From positions 64,001 to 128,000 of the IMG/VR virus record IMGVR_UViG_3300012983_000033: 64,000 nucleotides of DNA, one strand, 5' to 3'. Below are positions 48,153 through 57,065 of this stretch, piece after piece. The notes beneath the pieces were generated by a model, which had not been told where the DNA came from, searched no databases, and worked only from the letters and a program-made list of their open reading frames with translations. The DNA comes from a virus. Taxonomy: Duplodnaviria > Caudoviricetes. The number at the start of each line of letters is the position of its first letter. Within the stretch, counting starts at the first letter, position 1. A program made the translations under genes and the position numbers.

Positions 48153-49496
48153 TTATATTGTTTTCAATAACGCTTCAATATTACCGATTTGCATTTGAAC
48201 TGCGGCGGAGGTAATAGGAAGAGTATTATCTTCTGAAAGCTCGTTTGTTGTATTAACTGCAAGTTTTCCGTCTTTATATATAAGAGTTTCATCTAATTCT
48301 GGTAAAGTATCTTCGTTAATATTAGAGAGATACTTTTTCCATATAATTTTACCCTGTTCGTTTTTATCAGCGATATAGAAGGTTTTTGATAAACCATCGT
48401 CTTCTTCTTCAGGAGTATCAATAATTATTCCATCTATAGAACAAAATTGCTTTAACACATCAATGCAAATTTGTGGTGTCATTACTATATTTGCATTTTC
48501 TAAATCTTCAGTGTATCCACCAAACATTTCCCATAAATCTGCTACACCCCATTCTTCTTCCCAAAGTTGTGTAAAATATTCAAAATCTTTTTCGGTGGCA
48601 ATATTTGTAGTTTTATTTTTATTATCAACTACATACCAAATATTTGGTAATGTATCTATACCATTATAAAAATTTTCATAATTGGCGAAAAAGAGTCCTT
48701 TTCCACTAAAATTTCCTTCGCCCGTCTGTTCCAATATTTCTATAACAAATAAATCCTGAAATACTCCATCCTTTATTTCTATATTTTTTGCACTACCAAC
48801 TCTTACAATATAACGAATACCAAAAAAGTCTCCAATACCAATCAAACCATACATATTTTTTGTTGCATCATATTTAAAATCACGATAATTGATTGGACCA
48901 AATTGAAGTTTATTATCATAAAAAATGGCATCATCTATATTAACACCAACAAGTTTTCCATTTTCATCATATATAAAGAATCCCGTATCTGGACCATTTA
49001 TAACAATATTGTTCCAAGGATCTTCAATACTTTCTTCAATTTTTACAGGTTTTCTAAGAGCTATAATATCACCCACTTTAGGGCTTTTTGGAAGTGCGTC
49101 CACAACCTTAACTGTATTTTTATACAAATAATCAGCTAAAGAAGGATTTAATTCCTCTAGCTCTTTCTAAAGAGCATTAACACTTTTCGCAACCTTTGCA
49201 ATATAAATGCAAGATTTTACGGTAGTTTCAGCTTGGTGTCCAATGATCTAAATCTCAAGTTTTCCTTCTTCAAGAACAATATCTTTTAATGGTACTACAG
49301 CATAACCATCTTCTAATACTTCTAAATCTTCTAAAGTAAAAACTTTTTCATTGGACATTTTAAAATCAGCATCGTAACTTTGACAATCTTTTATTCTTTT
49401 ATCAATTAAAACATGAAGTTGAGTATAATTATGCTCTTTGGCATAACCGACAATCCCAATATTTTTCTTTTTGGGATCAACTTTAATTATTTCCAT
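48153..49496 (-). CDS. Baseplate/tail protein (BppU-like N-terminus), two in-frame TAG
   Basis: GKLEI(TAG)IIG; joins ORF-track fragments 49248..49496 and 48153..49127 in frame. Confidence 0.72.
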
Positions 49497-49509
49497 TTAA
49501 TCAACTCCT

Positions 49510-49815
49510 TTATTCACAAGTATTAAAAGCGTTTATCATATCTGGAGTAACTTCAACACCTTTTTCAATAAGGAATTCTAATAATTCTTTATTAGCTCTA
49601 ATCTTATATTCTGTGCGGCCGCGCCATATATACAATCCCCATATCGCAGTAGCAAGAACTTCTACAGAAGGAATTAAGTATATTAATGGCGAAGTATCTT
49701 TTGTTTCAACAACAATCCAACAAGCAAAACCCGTCACAAAAAGCACGAGAGCTGTAGCAATATAAGCAAGAATTTTTGTCAAAGTAAACCAGTCTTTTTT
49801 CGGTTTTTGTGACAT
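49510..49815 (-). CDS. Two-TM membrane protein (holin-like)
   Basis: Two TMs, Y.W...E motif. Confidence 0.65.
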   Translation of the reverse strand: MSQKPKKDWFTLTKILAYIATALVLFVTGFACWIVVETKDTSPLIYLIPSVEVLATAIWGLYIWRGRTEYKIRANKELLEFLIEKGVEVTPDMINAFNTCE

Positions 49816-49829
49816 AATTATCCCTCCTT

Positions 49830-49955
49830 TTACTGGAACATATTAAGGAAATTTTTTATAAGATCCTCAATAAGGGGAAACCAAATGTCGATTGGAGCCA
49901 CACCAATAAGTGTGTAGTAAATAGCCGCAAATGTTAATGCGAAAGGATTTACCAT
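49830..49955 (-). CDS. 41-aa hydrophobic peptide
   Basis: GAGGTG RBS; first gene of the minus-strand operon. Confidence 0.5.
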   Translation of the reverse strand: MVNPFALTFAAIYYTLIGVAPIDIWFPLIEDLIKNFLNMFQ

Positions 49956-50097
49956 ATTATTCACCTCGATTTAAAAATTTGTATATTATTACTAAAATAA
50001 AGTAAACTTAGTCAGTTTTGAATCCACTAATTTAAAATTTGCATTTTAGTATAAATTTGATTATACTATAATAGAGAGGTAGATAAGGAGTAAATAA

Positions 50098-51150
50098 ATG
50101 GTATATATCGGAATCTCATTATTAATTGGAATTATATCAATAGGAATATCATTCTATATACGATATAAAGTAGAAGAAGATAAATTTATTAAAAAATTAG
50201 AATTAGAATAGACAAGAAAAATATAGAATAAATATAAAGAATTTTAGATGGAATTCGAGAAATATGAAAATTTATATAGAGATGCATTAAATAAAAAATA
50301 GAAAGAAATTGATATTTTAATAGAAACTTATGATAATGAAGAATTAAGATTAAAAAATGAATTTTTATCTAAATCTATTCTCCATAATTAGAAGATAGAT
50401 GAAATAAAAGAAAAATATAATAAAGCAGAATATGAATTAAAAATAATTGAAGAAAGAAAACAACATACACAAGAAGTATTAAATACTTATTATGACAGTG
50501 AGAAATAGAGAATTGAAGATAAAATTCAAAATATTACTGCAAGTTGTATTGAGGAAATGATGCAACAAGTTGGAATAAAATCTGTAGAATGTGAAGAACA
50601 AATTAAGAAATTCCAAGATGTATTATTATCATATCAACAACGACAAGCCGCAGTAAACGAAGCAATTATGCGCGAGCGTCAATTACAAGAACAATCAGAA
50701 TTTTATACAATCAACCTCTCACAATCAGAAATTGATGACTTGCTTATGATTAAAGAATTATCGCCTCGATTTAATAATCGAGAATTATTAAATAAAATTA
50801 TATATGAAAGTTATATAAAACGTCCTCTCCAAGAAATGATAAAAAGAGTATTGAACGGGCGCAGTCCCAGTGGTATATATAAAATTACTCGAAAATCTAC
50901 GGGTGAAATTTATATAGGTCGTGCAGTTGCTGTCGATAAACGCTGGACAGAGCACGTAAAAATGGCTTTCTCTATTGGTTCGATTGCTCATTCAACTCTT
51001 CATACAATTATGGAAAAAGAAGGAGTTTGGAATTTTACTTTTGAATTACTTGAAGAAGTTCCAAAAGACCAATTAAATGAGCGAGAAAAATACTATATTG
51101 ATTTTTATGATAGTAAAAATTTTGGACTCAATCAAAAAAATGGTGGATAA
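50098..51150 (+). CDS. TM-anchored coiled-coil protein with C-terminal GIY-YIG domain, six in-frame TAG
   Basis: AAGGAG RBS, ATG 50098; TAG at 50209, 50224, 50245, 50299, 50389, 50506; SGIYKIT...YIG...RW..H...E.YYI...GLN. Confidence 0.8.
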
Positions 51151-51174
51151 TAATAAAGAAAGGTGATATAGATT

Positions 51175-52257
51175 ATGACATTAACAGGAGAACAAAGGGC
51201 GGCAGTTGAAACTACTCGTGATAAAGTAGTAATAATTGCAAGTGCCGCGTGTGGTAAAACGCGTATTATTACTGAAAGAGTTAAATATCTTTTGGACAAC
51301 GGCGCCGACCCAAAGAAAATTGTTGTTATTACTTTCACAAATGCGGCGGCTGATGAAATGCGTACAAGGATTGGTAGTGCTGGTGATGATTGTTTTATTG
51401 GAACAATTCATTCATATGCAAATCGTTTGCTTTTAAAGAAGGGTGTAGATACTGGTCGTTTAATTCAAGAAGGCGCTTTTGATATGTTTTTTAAACTTAT
51501 TGAAGAAAATTTGGACTGTATCGAACCAGTTGAACATTTAATACTTGATGAAGCTCAAGATTCAGATGCACCACAATTTACTTTTATTCTTGATAGAATA
51601 AAACCAACAAACTTTTTTATTGTTGGAGATCCTCGTCAGGCTATTTATGGTTTCCGAGGAGCCAGACCTGATATCTTAGTAGATATTTCAAATCGTTCAG
51701 ATGTTTATACTTATCGTGTAAAGAAAAATTATCGTAATGGTGGAGAGATCTTATCATTCGCAAAAGAAAAACTTGGAACTGGTGGTCCTTGGGATGATTC
51801 GATTGCAATGTCAAATGATGTTGGTAAGGTTTATCGTATGGCTGACGCACCAAATCTTATATGTAAATTAATTAAAGATACTAAAGATAGCGATTATAAA
51901 GATTGGTTTATTCTTGGAAGAACCAACGCCATTGTTGATAAATTTATTATGGAACTTCAAGAAGCTCAAATTCCTTGTGATACATTTAAAATGGCTGGTA
52001 AAACGGCAGAAGAGCTACACGATATTATTGAGAATAATTCTGTAAAAGTTCTTACAATTCATACCTCAAAAGGACTTGAAGCAAAAAATGTTATTGTCAT
52101 AGGTTGCCGTCATAACCCTTATGATGATGAAGAGTGTCGACTTAATTATGTAGCGGCAACTCGTGCGAAGAAAAGACTGTTTTGGACTTATCCAACACCA
52201 AAACAAAGAAAACAAAGAACAAAAGTAAATGACGGAATAAGAAATTGGGAGAGATGA
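51175..52257 (+). CDS. UvrD/Rep-like SF1 helicase (compact)
   Basis: ASAACGKT, TFTNAAA, DEAQD, VGDPRQAIYGFRGA, TIHTSKGLE, YVAATRAK motifs. Confidence 0.9.
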   Translation: MTLTGEQRAAVETTRDKVVIIASAACGKTRIITERVKYLLDNGADPKKIVVITFTNAAADEMRTRIGSAGDDCFIGTIHSYANRLLLKKGVDTGRLIQEGAFDMFFKLIEENLDCIEPVEHLILDEAQDSDAPQFTFILDRIKPTNFFIVGDPRQAIYGFRGARPDILVDISNRSDVYTYRVKKNYRNGGEILSFAKEKLGTGGPWDDSIAMSNDVGKVYRMADAPNLICKLIKDTKDSDYKDWFILGRTNAIVDKFIMELQEAQIPCDTFKMAGKTAEELHDIIENNSVKVLTIHTSKGLEAKNVIVIGCRHNPYDDEECRLNYVAATRAKKRLFWTYPTPKQRKQRTKVNDGIRNWER

Positions 52258-52925
52258 TAATGGGACAGTATAGTAAAAAAGGTTTGTACACAGGATATGA
52301 TAAGAATCACAAAGAGCGTGAAGCATTGGATTATTACGCAACACCTCCAAAAGAAGTAACAAATATTTTGGAAACTATGGGATTAAAGATTAGCAATAAG
52401 GATCTTGTTCTTGAACCTTGTTGCGGCGGTGGTCATATGGTTGAAGGTATTTATCAGTATAATAAAGGTGCTAATATTATTGCAACAGATATTATGCAAA
52501 GAAGCAATCCTTTTCTTGTAAGGGATGCGGTTGGTGATACTATTATGTATCACTATGGAACAAAATATGATTTTCTTTCTGACGAATATCCAATTAAAGA
52601 ATGTGATTATGTTATTATGAACCCACCTTTTTCTGTAATTATTCCTTTTGTTCAGCACTCACTTGAAGTGGCGCGAAGAGGTGTATTAATGCTTGGTCGT
52701 CTTAAATTTGTAGAAGGACAAAAGAGATTTACTGAAATTTTCAAAGATAATCCACCAACAAAGATTTGGGCTTATGTTGATAGAATTGCTTGTTACAAGA
52801 ATGGAGATTTTTCAGAGAAGCCGAGTTCTATTGAAGCATACGCTTGGTTCTATTGGGATAAAATTGAAATGGAAAATAATAAAGATAAAAAGACCGAATT
52901 CAATTGGATTTGGAGTAAGAAATAA
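52254..52925 (+). CDS. Amino-DNA methyltransferase (N6-A/N4-C)
   Basis: DYYATP, LEPCCGGG, MNPPF motifs. Confidence 0.85.
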   Translation: MIMGQYSKKGLYTGYDKNHKEREALDYYATPPKEVTNILETMGLKISNKDLVLEPCCGGGHMVEGIYQYNKGANIIATDIMQRSNPFLVRDAVGDTIMYHYGTKYDFLSDEYPIKECDYVIMNPPFSVIIPFVQHSLEVARRGVLMLGRLKFVEGQKRFTEIFKDNPPTKIWAYVDRIACYKNGDFSEKPSSIEAYAWFYWDKIEMENNKDKKTEFNWIWSKK

Positions 52926-52941
52926 TAGGAGAGTGTTTAGT

Positions 52942-53250
52942 ATGGCAAATATGTGTTATGTTACTATTAAAAGTGATAAGGTTGATCAGTATCTTGCAAA
53001 AGATATTTTTGATCAGATAGTCGCTGAAGGTTTAGTGAGAAGTTTTTCTTTTCATGACGGTTATATAAGTTATTGTACTCGAGGTTTGGCTGATATAACT
53101 TCTACATTGGTTGATTATGATATCACTAATGAAGAAATAGATGTCAAAGATGAATTTGACCTACTTTATGAAAGCTTTACACCAGAAGAACTTGAAAGCA
53201 TGAAAGCGGAAGCCAATCAACCCTTATCTTTTAAAGAATTTTCATTTTAA
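52942..53250 (+). CDS. Hypothetical protein
   Basis: AGGAG RBS, MANMCY. Confidence 0.6.
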   Translation: MANMCYVTIKSDKVDQYLAKDIFDQIVAEGLVRSFSFHDGYISYCTRGLADITSTLVDYDITNEEIDVKDEFDLLYESFTPEELESMKAEANQPLSFKEFSF

Positions 53251-53255
53251 TTATT

Positions 53256-53288
53256 AAAAGACGAGTCTTTAAGCTCGTCTTTTTTTTA
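53256..53288 (+). terminator. Intrinsic terminator
   Basis: aaaagacgag...ctcgtcttttttt. Confidence 0.7.
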
Positions 53289-53289
53289 A

Positions 53290-53320
53290 TTTGAATTTTT
53301 TGAAAAATTTTGATATAATT
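53290..53320 (+). promoter_or_regulatory. Representative of the recurrent sigmaA-type promoter TTGA(A/T/C)N-N17-TATAAT
   Basis: Similar TTTGA...TGATATAAT motifs near 3300, 6660, 12245, 17440, 22048, 25060, 39780 (minus) and 41980, 56357, 61895 (plus). Confidence 0.7.
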
Positions 53321-53352
53321 ATATTAAAGATAATAGAAAGGAGAGTATAATA

Positions 53353-53661
53353 ATGTTTTGTACATTAGAAGAACTTAAAGCAAAATATCCTATTGGAACA
53401 AAATTAAATTACTCAAAAAATACTATGACTCAGCGTTATTTTTATGCACGACCTGAAGATATTGTAGAGTACCGCAAATTGTATAAAACAGTTGAAGTAA
53501 TCAACGATAAACTGGTTGAATGTACTTGGGATGTTGAGGAATATGATTCGGTAGACGGATATTTATTCGATGGAACCCATTGGTGGCCCGCAGAAAATAC
53601 TTGGGACGGCTGGCTTCCTATTCATATTATTATTGAGGAGAATGAAGACGATGACTGTTGA
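53353..53661 (+). CDS. Hypothetical protein
   Basis: ORF after sigmaA promoter and RBS. Confidence 0.65.
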   Translation: MFCTLEELKAKYPIGTKLNYSKNTMTQRYFYARPEDIVEYRKLYKTVEVINDKLVECTWDVEEYDSVDGYLFDGTHWWPAENTWDGWLPIHIIIEENEDDDC

Positions 53662-53765
53662 GTGCGAAATTTGTGGTTCTTATGCAGAAATGAAAGAACT
53701 TCCAGTAAATAATATATGTCCTATATGTCTTACAGTAGGTAGTCTTTTTATTAAGGAGGAAAAAA

Positions 53766-54101
53766 ATGAAAGCAATAGTATGGTATAACAATAATGTTGA
53801 AACAGCAAAAGAATTTTTAAAAATGCAAATTTACAGATATAAACTTGCAAGAATTGAAGGGCGAGTTGTTGAAAGCAAAAACTATCTTCGCTTCTATGCT
53901 GATAATGGTGACTTCTGGCAAACATCTCCGTCAAGAGAAAGCAGTCGTGGTCATAAATGCAATATTAGCTATATTGAAAGAGGTATCCCCGAAGAAGTTA
54001 TAAATTGCGTAATTAAGCCGTGTACTGTAGCTGAACCCTATAATGCAATAGATTATTATGGATATAGTGAGGAGGACTTTGAATGTCAGATTACGGAATA
54101 A
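53766..54101 (+). CDS. Hypothetical protein
   Basis: GGAGG RBS. Confidence 0.65.
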   Translation: MKAIVWYNNNVETAKEFLKMQIYRYKLARIEGRVVESKNYLRFYADNGDFWQTSPSRESSRGHKCNISYIERGIPEEVINCVIKPCTVAEPYNAIDYYGYSEEDFECQITE

Positions 54102-55954
54102 AAGATATACAGTCACTCTCATTTAAAGACGGCGTTCGTCAGAGAATTGCGATGTATCTTGGTTCTGCAGATATGCAGGGCGTGTATAATGCTATTCAAG
54201 AAATTATTTCAAACTCAATAGACGAGTTCTATATGGGCTATGGTGATAAAATTGAAATCGGTCTCGCACCTGTTAAGGAAGGACAAATGGTAACAATTAC
54301 TGACCACGGCCGCGGCATTCCGTTCGGTATTAAAGAAGATGGTAGTAATGTTCTTGTTGATATTTTTTCAAAGGCTCATACGGGTGGTAAATTTGATGAT
54401 AAGGTTTACAACTCTGTTGCTGGTTTGAATGGTATCGGCGCGAAGGCAACTTGTCTTTCTTCTTTGAAATTTAATGTAAGCGTTGCGCGTGGTGATAAAC
54501 AAGCCGTAGCAAGTTGGGAGAAGGGTGAACTTGTTTCTTATAGAGAATTGGAAGCTCATAACTGTCAGTTTGGTACTTCAATTCAGTTCTGTTTGGATCC
54601 TGAAGTGTATAACCTTGAACCAATTAATATTAAATTTGATGTGCTTTGTGAGAAGTGTAAGAATTTGAGTTATCTTACAAAAGGACTTACATTTGAACTT
54701 CACGATTGCATGGACGGCGGCGATAGAATAGTAACTTATTGTGCAAAAAATGGTCTGCTCGATCTTATTAAAGATAACGCAGTAGACGGACTCCATACAA
54801 CACCCGTATATTATGAGCTTGAAGACGGCGCGAATAAGTGCGAAGTTGCGCTTATGTGGACTCGTGGTCGTGAAAAATCATTTACTTTTACGAATGGTTT
54901 GTTCCAGTCAGAAGGTGGTACATCACTTACTGGTGTGAGAACTTCTATTACAAACTTTATTAAGAAGGAATTTAAAGAGGGTTTTGAGGGCGATATGGCT
55001 CGTACTGGTTTGGTATATGCGGTTGCTTGTAAAACTCCGAATCCTTCTTTTGCAAATCAGACAAAGACAAAAATCAATAACCCCGAACTTCGTGGACTCG
55101 CGCAGAGGGCTACAACAATGGCTCTTCAGAACTTTAAAGTAAGACGAGCTAACGAATATAAGAGCGTTATTGATGCTTTGACGCGTGAAAAGAAAGCTGC
55201 GGCTGCCGCAGAAAGAGCGCGTAAGCAGGTTATGGAAGCTTCAAAAGATGTTGAAAAGAACCAGAAGAAAAAGGTTTTTGCAACAGACAAGCTGAAAGAT
55301 GCCGAGTTCTTAGGTGAAGATTCAATCCTTCTTATTGCAGAGGGTGATTCTGCTATGGGTGGTCTTGCTCAGGCAAGAGATTATAAGAAATATGGTATTA
55401 TGGCTATTCGTGGTAAAATTATCAATGCTTTAAGTCACCCCGAAGAAAAAATCTTTCAGAATGAAGAAATCAAACTTCTTTTGAGTGCAATGAATATCGT
55501 TCCCGGTAAGTACGATGCGAAGAAGCTTCGTTATGGCAAGCTCGCAATTTGTACTGACGCCGATGCCGACGGTTATCACATTGGTTTGCTTATTATGGCG
55601 GCGCTCCGTTTTATTGCGCCTCAATTTATTGAAGAAGGTCGTTTATTCTGGTTGAGATCTCCACTCCATATTGTTACAAGCGGTAAGACTGAGAGTTATT
55701 ACTTTACTGATGAAGAATTCGAAGCAGCTAAGGAAGCTGGTAAGATTAAAGGTGAAGTTATCCGTAACAAAGGTCTTGGTTCTCTTGAACCCGAGCAGGC
55801 TCATCGCTCAATGTTTACAGAAGAATTCCAGAGAATGGACCCGCTTATTCCTGATCCTGATAGTATTATTTTACTTGAGGAGTTAATGGGTAAGGATGTT
55901 GAACCGAGAAGACAGTTTGTTAATGGTATTGACTTCTCAGAGGTGAGAGAATAA
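54083..55954 (+). CDS. gyrB: DNA gyrase / type IIA topoisomerase subunit B
   Basis: EIISNSIDE, DHGRGIP, HTGGKF, GLNGIG, EGDSA, RGKI.N, TDADADG, KGLG motifs. Confidence 0.93.
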   Translation: MSDYGIKDIQSLSFKDGVRQRIAMYLGSADMQGVYNAIQEIISNSIDEFYMGYGDKIEIGLAPVKEGQMVTITDHGRGIPFGIKEDGSNVLVDIFSKAHTGGKFDDKVYNSVAGLNGIGAKATCLSSLKFNVSVARGDKQAVASWEKGELVSYRELEAHNCQFGTSIQFCLDPEVYNLEPINIKFDVLCEKCKNLSYLTKGLTFELHDCMDGGDRIVTYCAKNGLLDLIKDNAVDGLHTTPVYYELEDGANKCEVALMWTRGREKSFTFTNGLFQSEGGTSLTGVRTSITNFIKKEFKEGFEGDMARTGLVYAVACKTPNPSFANQTKTKINNPELRGLAQRATTMALQNFKVRRANEYKSVIDALTREKKAAAAAERARKQVMEASKDVEKNQKKKVFATDKLKDAEFLGEDSILLIAEGDSAMGGLAQARDYKKYGIMAIRGKIINALSHPEEKIFQNEEIKLLLSAMNIVPGKYDAKKLRYGKLAICTDADADGYHIGLLIMAALRFIAPQFIEEGRLFWLRSPLHIVTSGKTESYYFTDEEFEAAKEAGKIKGEVIRNKGLGSLEPEQAHRSMFTEEFQRMDPLIPDPDSIILLEELMGKDVEPRRQFVNGIDFSEVRE

Positions 55955-56145
55955 TGGAACGTGGACGGCGTAGAAAGGCTGGCTTATATGAAGATTGGTG
56001 CGATATTCCAATAGAGGGCGCTTTAGAAGAAGTAGTAAAACCATTAACTGATTATGAAATAGTTGATATAATAAATATTAGGATAAAAACTGAAACAGAT
56101 GAAATTGTCTGTTGGGAAAATCCTAAATATAAAAAGGAGCAATAA
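55954..56145 (+). CDS. Hypothetical protein
   Basis: TAATG coupling to gyrB. Confidence 0.55.
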   Translation: MERGRRRKAGLYEDWCDIPIEGALEEVVKPLTDYEIVDIINIRIKTETDEIVCWENPKYKKEQ

Positions 56146-56146
56146 A

Positions 56147-56335
56147 ATGCGAGTTATTGAAAGAAAACAACCATTAGAAATTGAAATTATTTGTACCGAA
56201 TGTCATTCTCATTTGGCTTATATAAAAAATGACATAAAGGTAGTTTCAATGATTCGAGAAAGACAGTTGCATACTGCCGAGGTAATTAAATGTCCTATTT
56301 GTGGTGAGTTTGTAATTATTAGAGAAATAGATTAA
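56147..56335 (+). CDS. Zn-ribbon protein
   Basis: CTEC...CPICG. Confidence 0.6.
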   Translation: MRVIERKQPLEIEIICTECHSHLAYIKNDIKVVSMIRERQLHTAEVIKCPICGEFVIIREID

Positions 56336-56416
56336 AATTTAAGAAAAGAGAGAAAATTGATTTTTCTCTCTTTTTTTGCTATAATAATTATAGATAAAAA
56401 TGAAAGGAATGATGAT

Positions 56417-56695
56417 ATGAAAACACCTTTTTTCAATTTATGTAAAGAGCCAATATCGTTTTATATCAAAGGATTAGATTTTATATCCTTAGATGATGCG
56501 AAAAAATTTCTTGAAATAAATAAAAATTTTTCAATTGCTGATTTAGAAATTTTAGTATATACAATTGGAAGACCGAATTACATAAACATTGAAGCTTCTA
56601 TCAAAGAAGAAATTGTGGTATTTTATGATGATAAAGAAATTCAATGGAAATGTGAAGAAGATTGTGATAATTGTGTAGCAAATCCATTTAATTAA
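56417..56695 (+). CDS. Hypothetical protein
   Basis: Promoter plus RBS, MKTPFF. Confidence 0.55.
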   Translation: MKTPFFNLCKEPISFYIKGLDFISLDDAKKFLEINKNFSIADLEILVYTIGRPNYINIEASIKEEIVVFYDDKEIQWKCEEDCDNCVANPFN

Positions 56696-56713
56696 AACGA
56701 AAGGAATAGTAAT

Positions 56714-57022
56714 ATGAAACGAGTAATTATTTCACCTCAGGAAAGTGATATGGGTTGTGGATATGGAGAGATTCTTACTGAAGACGCAACATTAAAAGAA
56801 TTCCTTGATTACTTTAAAAAAGAAACCAAAGCTTGGGGAACAATGACGATTTATTATCCAAGTGGTAAAATTGTTAGAAAATTTGACTATAATCTTTATA
56901 ATCGCAACTGTAATGTTTTTTATCACAATATTGACGGTTGGATAATGAAATATAAAGTTGATAAAGCAACATTTAGATATTGTTTTATGAGTGAAGATTA
57001 TGAGGTATATTTAAAAAAATAA
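56714..57022 (+). CDS. Hypothetical protein
   Basis: ORF with RBS. Confidence 0.6.
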   Translation: MKRVIISPQESDMGCGYGEILTEDATLKEFLDYFKKETKAWGTMTIYYPSGKIVRKFDYNLYNRNCNVFYHNIDGWIMKYKVDKATFRYCFMSEDYEVYLKK

Positions 57023-57065
57023 AATGAAATGAATCAACTGATATTGGATTGGAGGTATATAAACT

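Noticed and set aside
18114-51150. Calling the TAG-interrupted genes pseudogenes
   Set aside because: Interruptions are only TAG (apart from the Pnk frame disruption), fall at Gln-compatible sites, and a cognate suppressor tRNA is present
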